From NCBI GenBank assembly GCA_965230295.1, contig OZ246001.1, positions 3,264,001 through 3,328,000 on the forward strand: a stretch of 64,000 nucleotides of DNA, written 5' to 3'. Source of the stretch: Marinicella sp. Lineage in GTDB: Bacteria > Pseudomonadota > Gammaproteobacteria > Xanthomonadales > Marinicellaceae. Below, piece by piece: positions 20,579 to 29,920 of the stretch (position 1 is its first letter; every line of letters starts with the position of its first letter). Made by a program: the position numbers and the translations under genes. A model generated the notes under the pieces. The model ran no database searches. It worked only from the letters and a program-made list of their open reading frames with translations, and was not told the origin of the DNA.

Positions 20579-20778
20579 AGGCGTCATTCAAATTTATTTC
20601 CGACAAATTTGAAAACGACTACAGTCTACGGCATTCATTGATCGCTTCTTTGACTGCGATGAAAACACGCTTGCTTCATCGCCTGACCTGTGAGTATGTC
20701 TTACAATCTCGGGTTTACGCCCTCTGATTCGCTTCGCTCACCAACCGAGTGCGTCGGTTGAGCTGATATCAGCTCTCC
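20579..20778 (-). repeat. Structured intergenic repeat element, diverged copy D
   Basis: Minus strand GGAGAGCTGATATCAGCTCAACC...GGTTGGTGAGCGAAGCGAATCAGAGG...GTCGTTTTCAAATTTGTCGGAAATAAATTTGAATG parallels copy B, with compensatory stem changes. Left boundary approximate. Confidence 0.75.
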
Positions 20779-20823
20779 TAAGTCAGTAAGGTTAATGCAA
20801 AGGCCGCTTAAGTACAATCAAAT

Positions 20824-21036
20824 AAGGAATGTTCTTGGGGCTCCATTCACTTTTGTTCCAGACAAAAGTGAAAACGACCGCGGCGAACATGACATACTAC
20901 CTCGCACGAATGACGCCATTCACATAAGGTTTCTTGACTTCGTCAAATCACCATATGTTCATTGGCTATTCTCTTCGCCTCTGATTCGCAAAGCTCACCA
21001 ACCGGCTCGGCGGGTCAAGCTGCTCAGCAGCTTTCC
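20824..21036 (-). repeat. Structured intergenic repeat element, compact copy B (213 bp, one hairpin cassette)
   Basis: Reverse complement has the same ends and internal blocks as copies A and C. Confidence 0.9.
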
Positions 21037-21048
21037 ATCGACCGAATA

Positions 21049-21096
21049 AGGGTCAGGTATTTGACTTAACATAGGGTCAGGTATTTGATTTAACAT
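21049..21096. repeat. 24-bp tandem duplication covering the gntR 3' end
   Basis: AGGGTCAGGTATTTGACTTAACAT followed by AGGGTCAGGTATTTGATTTAACAT (one mismatch). Confidence 0.9.
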
Positions 21097-21727
21097 CCAG
21101 CCAATTGCATATAACGTCAATACCATGCAAGTTGTTATGGGTCAAGGCGCTGCGAGCTTCTTTGATTTTTCCTTGTTTCAATAAATTAAGGATGTTTTCA
21201 TGTTGTGAACTTGAGTTATTGATGTTTCCGCCGTTCCTAAAAAACATGTTTTCATAACGGTGGGCATCTTCTCTGACGCGAGCAATACAATCCATGAGGT
21301 AATTGTTGTTACATTGAGACAGCAACAACTGGTGCCATTCGTTGTCTAACTCTATGGATTTTTCACCCCTTGATATGGCAAATTTCTTGTTAATTTGTTC
21401 TAGCTTTTTGAATACATCCTCAGGTATTGAAGTTATTGAGGCCAGAGCCGTCTCTTCTAGTTGAGCCAATACAGGGTAAATTTCTCTGACTTTTTTTGAT
21501 GACAGTTCGGTGACAAAAAAGCCACGTCGTGCTTTCGAAAGAACATAACCTTGACCCTCCAAACCCAGCAGGGCTTCACGTATGGGAGTCTGGCTCACCC
21601 CCAATTCTTTGGCAACCGCTGTTTCATTGATTCGTTCACCTGGTGACAGCTCTCCACGCATGATTTTTTCTATCAGGATTTGACGTACTTGGGATCTGGT
21701 AGACATTTGATTAATCATGTCGCTCAT
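21077..21727 (-). CDS. GntR-family transcriptional regulator (FCD domain)
   Basis: GELSPGERINE...LGVSQTPIREAL...LE..G wHTH; FCD His motifs (NEWHQ, QHENI). Confidence 0.95.
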   Translation of the reverse strand: MSDMINQMSTRSQVRQILIEKIMRGELSPGERINETAVAKELGVSQTPIREALLGLEGQGYVLSKARRGFFVTELSSKKVREIYPVLAQLEETALASITSIPEDVFKKLEQINKKFAISRGEKSIELDNEWHQLLLSQCNNNYLMDCIARVREDAHRYENMFFRNGGNINNSSSQHENILNLLKQGKIKEARSALTHNNLHGIDVICNWLDVKSNT

Positions 21728-21756
21728 TATATACGGTTATCACCATTTAAATAAAC

Positions 21757-21794
21757 TTGACTTAATTCTATATTCTATATAATATAGAATTAAG
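21757..21794. promoter_or_regulatory. Putative GntR operator overlapping a sigma70-like promoter
   Basis: Perfect 14-bp inverted repeat CTTAATTCTATATT-N6-AATATAGAATTAAG (21761-21794) overlapping TTGACT and TATAAT/TAATAT, between divergent genes. Confidence 0.75.
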
Positions 21795-21839
21795 TGTTAC
21801 CATTGCACAATAATCCCAATTCAACCGAGTAAGATCACA

Positions 21840-22862
21840 ATGAATAAATTATTCAAGATAATCACCCAACCACCCATCAAGACAGCATGGATGATACTTG
21901 CCGTCATTTATTTGAGTTCTTTAGGAGCAGCACAGGATTTAAAGAAAGCCGATGCTGAAAAAGCCATTGAATACTTGTCAGATTTATTGGCCAGTTACCC
22001 CATAAAATCAGATGCTGTAAAAATGCGACAACTGATCAAGCAGAAGTTAGCCCATGGTGAATACAATGAGCTAGCAAATCGTCAAGCGTTGGCAAAAACA
22101 TTGACAGCGGACTTAAGGTCCATCAGGCATGATTTTCATCTGGGTGTTCAGTATTCTGCAGAGGCATCAACTGCAGACGCAGCGCATAATTTATCTAATC
22201 CAGAGGTGATCAAAAGACTGAAGAAAACCAACTACGGATTTGCAGAAACGCGCATAATGGAAGGCAATGTGGGCTTCCTCAAAATCACTGCATTAAATAC
22301 TCCAGAAGTGGCAAAAGATCAGGCATTGAACGCATTGGGTTTTTTACAACACACAGATGCATTGATCATTGACTTGCGTGGTAACCTGGGTGGTGAACCA
22401 GAGATGGTGCGTTTAATTTCAAGTGCATTTTTTGCGAAGAAAACCCATCTGAATACCTTGCACTATACAGATGGTCGCGATCGTGCTGTTGAAGAAATAT
22501 GGACTGATCCTGATCTGGTTAATGGCATTAATTTGCATGATAAACCGATTTATATTCTGACTAATTTTTATGTGGCTTCTGGAGCGGAAGACCTGGCGTA
22601 TTCATTACAAGCACAAGGCAGGGCAACAATAGTTGGCAAAAAGACTGCAGGAGCTGCTCACCCCGGAACTTCACATTACCTTGAAGAACTGCAACTCAAT
22701 TTCAGTATGCCACATGGTTATGTTGTGAATCCTGTTACCGGTAAAGATTGGGAGGGAACAGGCATTTCTCCTGATGTCAAAAGCAAAGACGCGCATGCAT
22801 TAGACACTGCACTTTCACTGGCATGGCAAGACATTGGTTACACAGCTAGAGATGTTGAGTGA
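21840..22862 (+). CDS. S41 family peptidase (IRBP/tail-specific-protease-like), exported
   Basis: Signal-like N-terminus; GNVGFLKI, IIDLRGNLGG, ASGAE, IVGKKTAG and WEGTGISPDV. Confidence 0.92.
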   Translation: MNKLFKIITQPPIKTAWMILAVIYLSSLGAAQDLKKADAEKAIEYLSDLLASYPIKSDAVKMRQLIKQKLAHGEYNELANRQALAKTLTADLRSIRHDFHLGVQYSAEASTADAAHNLSNPEVIKRLKKTNYGFAETRIMEGNVGFLKITALNTPEVAKDQALNALGFLQHTDALIIDLRGNLGGEPEMVRLISSAFFAKKTHLNTLHYTDGRDRAVEEIWTDPDLVNGINLHDKPIYILTNFYVASGAEDLAYSLQAQGRATIVGKKTAGAAHPGTSHYLEELQLNFSMPHGYVVNPVTGKDWEGTGISPDVKSKDAHALDTALSLAWQDIGYTARDVE

Positions 22863-24361
22863 AAAAAGTTAACTCAGAATCCCATGTAGGGCATCAAGCA
22901 GGCGGATTGACAGATGAATGGCAGAACGCCATAGTTTCTAGTCGTCTGGGTGTATTGGATTTACTGCGTGGTGTGGCTCTTTTGGGTATATTGCTCGCCA
23001 ATGTGCATCAAATGATGATGCCATTTGAGGTAGCCAATCACCCGATAGATTTTACCGGCAACAAAACATTCACTTTCATCGAATGGTTTGCCATCGAAAG
23101 TTTAGTCAGTTCTAAATTCCTTACGCTTTTTTCATTGTTGTTTGGGGTGGGGTTTGCGATTCAAATTGCTGCGTTGAAATCTAGAAATCAAGGGAGGTAC
23201 CGGTCAGTTTACCTGCGCCGGATTGTTGTTTTGGCTGGTATGGGTATCGGGCATGGCCTGTTCTTGTATGGAGCGGATGTGTTGCTATACTATGCAATCA
23301 CAGCGTTTATGCTTTTGTGGTTATGTGAGCTGCGATCAACGACATTGTTAAAGATCGGGTTGATTTTGATTTTGTGTCATTTGCTGCTTGGCTTTGTGTT
23401 GGAATGGAGTTCATCCAAAAAGGCTTTGGTATTATTGTCTGGTGTGATTTTCATTGTTGTGACAGTTGGCTTCTCCCGTAAAAAAATGCAGCAGCTTTTC
23501 CAAAGAGGCATGGTGGCTTTGTTAGTCGTTGTTTTGGCTTATGCATTGTTGGCACCAACAGAAGCAACCAGCACTTCACAATGGCATGAGCTACAAGCAC
23601 TTGCAGAGAATTCCTGGCAAGCTATTGACCATCAAGCTGAAAGTGTTGTTATCGATGGCAGGACCTACGATGTACCACTTGCTGATGAACTTGCACACCG
23701 CTTGTATCAAGGCTCATTGGATAACGCAGATCGCATCACCTTACAAATGACCGGGTTTCGAGATGGCCCTACTTCTTTGGCTCAGTCACTTCGTAAGGAT
23801 CAATTCATACACATCCAAACCATCTTTGTGTTTTTTTATTTTTGGCGTACTTTAGCCATTTTTTTGATTGGCCTGGGTCTGGTTAAATATGGTGTGTTGA
23901 ATAAAAACAACGATCAAGTCATTCGCTCAATTATCAAAATAGGCGGTCTGGGTGGGGTGTTGTTATCTGTTTTTTCCACATACCTCAAAGCGTTGGCGAT
24001 GACCACAGCGACTCAAGTGAATGCATGGGCATTTTTACTCCATGAAATCAGTGTTTACATGCTTGCATCGGCCCTGGTTGCCCTGGTTGTTATGTGGTCA
24101 AAAACCCAGCGATGGATGCGGGTACAAAACACCCTGAAAAACACTGGGCGCATGGCTTTAACCAATTACCTGGCGCAGTCAGCTGTGATGCTGTTTGTTG
24201 CCAGTAGCTTGGGTTTATATGGTATGTTGACAAGGCCTCAACTGGCTGGGTTGGCCATTGTGGTGTTTGTGGTGTTGGCACTCTTGTCCAGCTTGTGGAT
24301 GGTGCGCTTTAAAAGCGGTCCTGTCGAACGTGTTTGGCGTCTGCTGACATACTTCAGATAA
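22859..24361 (+). CDS. DUF418 (YeiB-like) membrane protein
   Basis: LDLLRGVALLGILLAN, KF.TLFSLLFG.G, GRMALTNYL.QS and GPVE.VWR.LTY. Confidence 0.92.
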   Translation: MKKVNSESHVGHQAGGLTDEWQNAIVSSRLGVLDLLRGVALLGILLANVHQMMMPFEVANHPIDFTGNKTFTFIEWFAIESLVSSKFLTLFSLLFGVGFAIQIAALKSRNQGRYRSVYLRRIVVLAGMGIGHGLFLYGADVLLYYAITAFMLLWLCELRSTTLLKIGLILILCHLLLGFVLEWSSSKKALVLLSGVIFIVVTVGFSRKKMQQLFQRGMVALLVVVLAYALLAPTEATSTSQWHELQALAENSWQAIDHQAESVVIDGRTYDVPLADELAHRLYQGSLDNADRITLQMTGFRDGPTSLAQSLRKDQFIHIQTIFVFFYFWRTLAIFLIGLGLVKYGVLNKNNDQVIRSIIKIGGLGGVLLSVFSTYLKALAMTTATQVNAWAFLLHEISVYMLASALVALVVMWSKTQRWMRVQNTLKNTGRMALTNYLAQSAVMLFVASSLGLYGMLTRPQLAGLAIVVFVVLALLSSLWMVRFKSGPVERVWRLLTYFR

Positions 24362-24451
24362 CGTTGTGACAGATTTATTGATGCTTTTATGCCAGGTTGC
24401 ATAACGGTGTTTCAAACTTGGGCGCTGGGTTAAAACAAATTTGTGGCGCCA

Positions 24452-24703
24452 TTATTTAAAATACACCTTGCCTCCAATCATTTTGAAAGCTGGTGTGCCT
24501 CGTACCAGTGTATCCCGAGCAAAAGTTTGTTCACAGCTTGGGCAAACACAAGGAATTCGGGTGAAATCTTTTGCTATGCGTTCCTTGAAACATTTAACCA
24601 AGGTACCTTTGCCACCCTTGCGGTATTTGAACAATTGGGTTTTGCATTGGCTGCAGAAGACATCTACTGTTGCTGTGGGGCCTTTTGTATTGGGTTTCGC
24701 CAT
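24452..24703 (-). CDS. Small putative zinc-binding hypothetical protein
   Basis: CSQC...YRKGGKGTLVKC...CPSC: two CxxC pairs. Confidence 0.75.
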   Translation of the reverse strand: MAKPNTKGPTATVDVFCSQCKTQLFKYRKGGKGTLVKCFKERIAKDFTRIPCVCPSCEQTFARDTLVRGTPAFKMIGGKVYFK

Positions 24704-24838
24704 GTTTCAATGCATTGAAGAGTTGAACACAATAACAGGAATTGGTGGCTGGTTCAATGTTCAACTCCAGATGTAAAAACATTGCCTGTTGGCCTGTGTT
24801 ATTATAATTAACGCAGTAGATATCCAGTTGAGGTCAAC

Positions 24839-25540
24839 ATGAAAAAATCAGGTGTCTTGAAATTATTAAAAGAAAATCAAAACGATCGTGGTATCGAGAA
24901 TTGGAATGAAATGGAATCAGCAAGTCCATACAAGAGTTTTGGCATTGGCTTAACTGTGTTACGTAAATTGGCCAAACAAGTGGGCAAGGATCATGAGTTG
25001 GCACAAGAACTGTGGGACAGTGACTACTATGACATGAAAGTCATGGCAGTATTGATCGATGACCCCAAGTGCATCACCCCTGAACAAATGGAAGCTCAAG
25101 TCGAAGACGTTGATTTTGGGATGATGGTCCATGTCTATTCGGCTTGTGGGGCTCCTGTTGCAAAGACACCCTTTATCGATGAAATGGCCGATAAGTGGGT
25201 CAAAAGTGATGACCCGGTGCGCCGTCGATGTGCCTATGGCTTTGTTTACGAATTGTCGAAATCCAAAAAGAAAAGTGCACCTGATGATGGTTATTATCAA
25301 AAGTACATTGACCACATCAAAAAAACATTCAAAACCGAGGACAAATCTGTTCATTTGTCCATGGGGGCGGCTTTGATGGGTATCGGTAAAAGAACCCTTG
25401 AATTGAACAAGGCTGCTTTGAAAGTGGCTGAATTCATGGGCCCCATTCCGGTGGAATCTGGCAAAACCCAATGTGACCCGATGGATATAACCAAGCATTT
25501 GACCAGTGATTACTTGGTTAAGAAATTGGCATCTGATTAA
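24839..25540 (+). CDS. DNA alkylation repair protein (AlkD-like HEAT-repeat family)
   Basis: FGIGLTVLRKLAKQVGKDHELAQELW...DPK pattern; GAGG RBS. Confidence 0.88.
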   Translation: MKKSGVLKLLKENQNDRGIENWNEMESASPYKSFGIGLTVLRKLAKQVGKDHELAQELWDSDYYDMKVMAVLIDDPKCITPEQMEAQVEDVDFGMMVHVYSACGAPVAKTPFIDEMADKWVKSDDPVRRRCAYGFVYELSKSKKKSAPDDGYYQKYIDHIKKTFKTEDKSVHLSMGAALMGIGKRTLELNKAALKVAEFMGPIPVESGKTQCDPMDITKHLTSDYLVKKLASD

Positions 25541-25562
25541 GAATCGAGCCAGGGTTTTGGGC

Positions 25563-26249
25563 TCATAGAATCAGCTTTTTCATCCTGGATTGGAATGTTT
25601 CTCCTATAGGAATTTCTATGTCGCCTATCTCAATGTCATTCTTGGTATAAGCTGATATGTGGGACTTGTTAACAATGTAGGAACGGTGTACTTGAATAAA
25701 CCGGGTTGGTAAAGTTTTGATAAAAGACTTCATGGTGTCCTTTGTGACCAAGGTATGTGTGTGGGTGTGAATTTGCAAATAGTCCTTGAGACCCTGGATG
25801 TATAAGATGTCATTCAATTTTATTTTTATTTGTTTTCGATTGACCCTAATGTAGAGGTGGTCAGCTTGGGGAGCTGGTTGTGGCGTTTGCTGTCTTCTGA
25901 AGCGTTCACAAGCTTTAAAAAAACGCGCAAAGGTTATGGGTTTAAGCAAATAATCTATGGCCTCAAGTTCAAAACCATCCACTGCATACTCACGATATGC
26001 AGTGGTAAAAATGGCTTTGGGTCTTTTGCTTAAATTGTGGTAAAAATCAGTGCCATTTAAAACCGGCATTTCGATGTCTAAAAACATCAAGTCAATGTGC
26101 TGTTGGTTGAGTACTTTACTGGCTTCGATAGCACTGGCACAGCTGGCGACCAAATGAAAATCCTTCAATTGTTTCAGGTGTGTGGTGAGTAACTCTCGCC
26201 CAAGCTGTTCGTCATCAACAATCAGGCATTGAATCTTTTTGTCAGTCAT
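25563..26249 (-). CDS. LytTR-family response regulator
   Basis: IVDDE, FLDIEMP, FTTAY, DYLLKP; LytTR motif FIQVHRSYIVN. Confidence 0.95.
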   Translation of the reverse strand: MTDKKIQCLIVDDEQLGRELLTTHLKQLKDFHLVASCASAIEASKVLNQQHIDLMFLDIEMPVLNGTDFYHNLSKRPKAIFTTAYREYAVDGFELEAIDYLLKPITFARFFKACERFRRQQTPQPAPQADHLYIRVNRKQIKIKLNDILYIQGLKDYLQIHTHTHTLVTKDTMKSFIKTLPTRFIQVHRSYIVNKSHISAYTKNDIEIGDIEIPIGETFQSRMKKLIL

Positions 26250-27333
26250 TTGCAGGTGTCCTGTTAAGTATGTGCTTGGGGAGTTTCAGGATTACCGAGT
26301 GATTTCTGTCGGTTGAAGAGATTTTAAGGTCATGAGCATCCGGGTAAATCAACTCAAGTTGGCGCTGCAAGTTTCTTAACCCAATAGGCTCATGTGTCAC
26401 ATTTTTTGGTGTGGTATTTGGCTTGCTGTTTTCTATGGTAAAAATAATGTCATCACCCTTGTCGTTGATAACTATATTGATGTGAGCTTGGTCTAACTCT
26501 TGAACCACTCCATGTTTAAAAGCATTTTCAACCAATGTCAAGAACAACAAAGGTGCCACTTGGGTGGTTTCTTTGATGTGGTTTTTTAAACTGACGTGAA
26601 CGCGATCACCATAACGAAGTTCTTCCAGTGCCATATAATTTTCAATCATTTCCACTTCGTCATCTAAGGACACAAAGCGCTCATTACAGCGGTACAACAC
26701 ATAATCAAAAATACCAGAGAGTTTCGCCACGGATTCGGCAGTTTTATCAGATCCATTGATGGCCATGGAATAAATGTTATTCAGGGTGTTAAAAATAAAG
26801 TGTGGGTTGAGTTGGGTCTTGAGGGCGTTCAACTCTGCCGCGTGTTTTTGTTCCTTGTATTCAAGCAGACGTTGTTGTTTTTCATAAAAATTTGCCGCGA
26901 TCAGAATCACTGCCGGAAACAGCAATGTGGGTATTTTAGAAATGATGATGTATCTGATCATGTCTGAAAACCCCAACCTTTCCAGCAGAGAGTAATCACT
27001 TAGGTTGGTGTTGTAGTAAGCACCATAGGTTAGGGGGTAGGTGGGTTCCAAATATAAATAGCTCACGGTGATGAATAATTCCGCAACCATAAATGCCAAT
27101 AGCAATATCAGCATGGTGAATGCAAAGTGGCGTTTTTGATCCAAGAATTTTGGGACTAAAAGGTTTATGCCAATAACAGCAACCAGCCATTGAGATATTG
27201 TTTTTAATCCACCCACCTCCATTGCTTCTTTGAACGAAGCAAAACGATGCCAGTCATAGCCGAGATTAATCATGAAAACCACCATCCAAAATGCCATGAT
27301 TAGGCCTGATTTTTTATTGAGTATAGTTAACAA
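26242..27333 (-). CDS. LytS/YehU-type sensor histidine kinase
   Basis: TM segments; ELNALKTQLNPHFIFNTLNNIY; LVENAFKHG; IGLRNL. Confidence 0.95.
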   Translation of the reverse strand: MLTILNKKSGLIMAFWMVVFMINLGYDWHRFASFKEAMEVGGLKTISQWLVAVIGINLLVPKFLDQKRHFAFTMLILLLAFMVAELFITVSYLYLEPTYPLTYGAYYNTNLSDYSLLERLGFSDMIRYIIISKIPTLLFPAVILIAANFYEKQQRLLEYKEQKHAAELNALKTQLNPHFIFNTLNNIYSMAINGSDKTAESVAKLSGIFDYVLYRCNERFVSLDDEVEMIENYMALEELRYGDRVHVSLKNHIKETTQVAPLLFLTLVENAFKHGVVQELDQAHINIVINDKGDDIIFTIENSKPNTTPKNVTHEPIGLRNLQRQLELIYPDAHDLKISSTDRNHSVILKLPKHILNRTPAND

Positions 27334-27422
27334 ATTGCTTTGTATTAGGCAGTTGAGTGGGCTTTAGTATAGCTGATTTGAACCTGGGATTTGGCTGGAC
27401 TTGTTCAATGAAAGTACTTTAA

Positions 27423-27503
27423 TCGACGAACGATCTGTTTTCGTCGATCAACCAGTGATGCAACCGTTTTAACGGGTTCATGCGCAAAATTTCCCGTTTG
27501 GTC
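27423..27503. promoter_or_regulatory. Possible LytTR-type binding repeats
   Basis: TCGACGAACG and TCGATCAACC at 21-bp spacing, plus CCGTTT boxes, in the divergent intergenic region; resembles the AlgR-type CCGTTCGTC site. Confidence 0.35.
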
Positions 27504-27569
27504 TAGTAATGATCTCACCGGCCTGATTCAAAGAATAAGCTGGGCCCTCATTCAAATACTCAGGAATTA

Positions 27570-28571
27570 ATGATGAACACTAAAAAAATCGGGTATGTCA
27601 TGTTTTTCATGCTGTTTGTGACATCAATATCGGGAGTGGTTAATCAAGCCAACGCTTTAGATATGGAATCACACAAAGGTCATGTCATTGGTGCAGGCCG
27701 TGCCGTGTTGGTTACAGGAGCCAGCTCAGGCATTGGTAAACAAATTGCCATCACTTTATCGGAACAGGGTTTTTTTGTTTATGCGGGCGCCAGAAAAACC
27801 AAAGACATTGCGGCACTGAGTGCCATGCCAAATATACAAGGCATTCGTTTGGATGTGACTGTTCAAACTGACATAGATGCTGCAGTCAAGCAAATCGAAG
27901 CAGGTGGGCGGGGTTTATATGGTTTAGTCAATAATGCCGGTGTGTTTCTTTTTGACCCCTTGATCGAAGTGAGTGAGCGAGATATGCAATTCATTATGGA
28001 TGTCAATCTGATGGGACCTTATCGGGTCACCAAAGCGTTTGCACCTATGATCATGCGCCGCAAAGGGCGCATTACCACCATTGGCTCTGTTGCCGGGTTG
28101 TTTTCAGGCCGGTTATTTGGTCCATATGGCATGTCAAAATTTGCGATTGAAGCATACTCAGAAGCTTTGGCCAGTGAAATGAAGAAATTTGGTGTGGCAG
28201 TGGGTGTGATTGAACCAGGTAATTTTCGCTCGAACATCATGCAGAACATGGCAGCACGTATCAAAAAATTAAACGAGGGTGATGACCATACCCTATACAA
28301 GGAGGAAATTGAGCGATTTGCTGGCTTTGCTAAGACTGACCGATCTGATCATGCTGCACCAACTCCCGTGGCTGAAGCTGTGCTGCATTTTATGGTTGAT
28401 GAAAATCCACATTTCAGATATTTGGTCACACCCAACCAGCAAGAAGCAGATTTGACCATTAAAAAATTGATCAGTAAATTGGTGGCTATCAATCGGGGTC
28501 AATCACACCGCATGAGTGATGCAGACTTGTTAAATGCGTTGAAAGTCGCATTAGACAAAGAGCAACCATGA
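27570..28571 (+). CDS. SDR oxidoreductase with an apparent N-terminal signal peptide
   Basis: TGASSGIG, NNAG and YGMSK; basic-hydrophobic-ANA N-terminus. Confidence 0.92.
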   Translation: MMNTKKIGYVMFFMLFVTSISGVVNQANALDMESHKGHVIGAGRAVLVTGASSGIGKQIAITLSEQGFFVYAGARKTKDIAALSAMPNIQGIRLDVTVQTDIDAAVKQIEAGGRGLYGLVNNAGVFLFDPLIEVSERDMQFIMDVNLMGPYRVTKAFAPMIMRRKGRITTIGSVAGLFSGRLFGPYGMSKFAIEAYSEALASEMKKFGVAVGVIEPGNFRSNIMQNMAARIKKLNEGDDHTLYKEEIERFAGFAKTDRSDHAAPTPVAEAVLHFMVDENPHFRYLVTPNQQEADLTIKKLISKLVAINRGQSHRMSDADLLNALKVALDKEQP

Positions 28572-29920
28572 CGTCGATCAGAGAGAAAATCACCCTGGTT
28601 ACACTGATGAAGCCTGACGAGCAGAAAGCAGCATTGGCTTCCTTTGTTATGGTTTTTATGCTGATGGCCGTTTACTTTATTTTGCGGCCAGTGAGAGATG
28701 CCATGGCCAGTGATTGGACTGACACTGAGGTGAGTTTGCTGTGGAATATTCAATTCTTTTTAAGCACTGGCATTGTCATGCTGTATTGTTTAGCCATCAA
28801 TCACATGCGCTTCAAGCATGTGGTTCCCGCCGTTTATTCCCTATTCGCCGTTTCATTTCTGGCTTTTTACTTCTTGACTCAGCACATCATTGAACTGTTT
28901 TGGATTGAAAAAGCATTTTATCTGTGGGTCACGTCTTTCAGCTTATTAAATATATCTGTGTTTTGGAGCTTTATGAGTGAAACCTTTTCCAAGAGCCAAG
29001 GTAAAAGGTTGTTCCCTTTTATTGGTGCGGGTGCCAGTGCCGGGGCAATAGTGGGGCCTGCAGTCCCGGCTTTATTTGCTGACTTTTTGGGGTTGTCAAG
29101 CTTGATGCTGATAGCGGCAACGGGTTTATTGTTGGTTATTCCCATCATTCTGTATCTACTGAAAAATCAACAGCAAATCCATCCAGAAAAGACACGAATG
29201 ATCGCTGACCACCTAAAAATGCAGGGCCAGTGGTGGAGCGGCTTCCGAGACACCTTCACCCATCCACTGTTGTTGGGTATTGCAGTATTTATTTTGCTCT
29301 ATGTGTTTGTCAGTTCGTTTGTGTACTTTCAGCAGAAGAATTTATTGGCGGAATTCAGTCGCTCTGATCGGGCCCAGATTCTGGGTGCGATTGATTGGTT
29401 GGTTAACGTGTTGACCTTTGTGTTTGCCATCGCGATTACCGGAAGGATGGTTAGGCGATTGGGCATGGGGTTGACTTTGGCATGTGTACCTCTGGCTTTG
29501 GTTTTCGGTTTCATGATATTGGCATTTGCGCCAATGGTGGTGATCTTACTTGGAGTACAAATGGTTCGACGCGTTGGTAATTACGCCATCACTCGACCAG
29601 CCAGAGAAATGTTGTTCATTCAAGTCGACCGGGAACAAAGATTTAAAGCCAAACCGGTGATAGATGTGGCGGTTTATCGAGGAGGGGATGCGGTCAGTGC
29701 ATCTGCATTTGCAGGATTGACTGATGGTTTAGGTGTTGGAATGATTGGCATGTCCCTCATAGGTACAGCTGTTGCTGGTTTTTGGGCAATGGCCGGTTTC
29801 TTCATAGGCAAACGATTTACTGGTATCAAGGGATACAGTAACCAAAGGGCTTTAGTCATACCAAATCTCAAAACAAACTTAAATAATTTAACAACAGGAA
29901 AATCTAATGAAAACTCTTAA
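28568..29920 (+). CDS. NTT/TLC (ATP:ADP antiporter-like) MFS transporter
   Basis: YFILRPVRDAM, SVFWSFM, RLFPFIGAGASAG, RPAREMLF and KAK.VID..VYR.GD; ATGA overlap with the SDR. Confidence 0.85.
   Translation: MTSIREKITLVTLMKPDEQKAALASFVMVFMLMAVYFILRPVRDAMASDWTDTEVSLLWNIQFFLSTGIVMLYCLAINHMRFKHVVPAVYSLFAVSFLAFYFLTQHIIELFWIEKAFYLWVTSFSLLNISVFWSFMSETFSKSQGKRLFPFIGAGASAGAIVGPAVPALFADFLGLSSLMLIAATGLLLVIPIILYLLKNQQQIHPEKTRMIADHLKMQGQWWSGFRDTFTHPLLLGIAVFILLYVFVSSFVYFQQKNLLAEFSRSDRAQILGAIDWLVNVLTFVFAIAITGRMVRRLGMGLTLACVPLALVFGFMILAFAPMVVILLGVQMVRRVGNYAITRPAREMLFIQVDREQRFKAKPVIDVAVYRGGDAVSASAFAGLTDGLGVGMIGMSLIGTAVAGFWAMAGFFIGKRFTGIKGYSNQRALVIPNLKTNLNNLTTGKSNENS

Noticed and set aside
24959-25498. 179-aa antisense ORF
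   Set aside because: Shadow of the AlkD-like gene; no motif.
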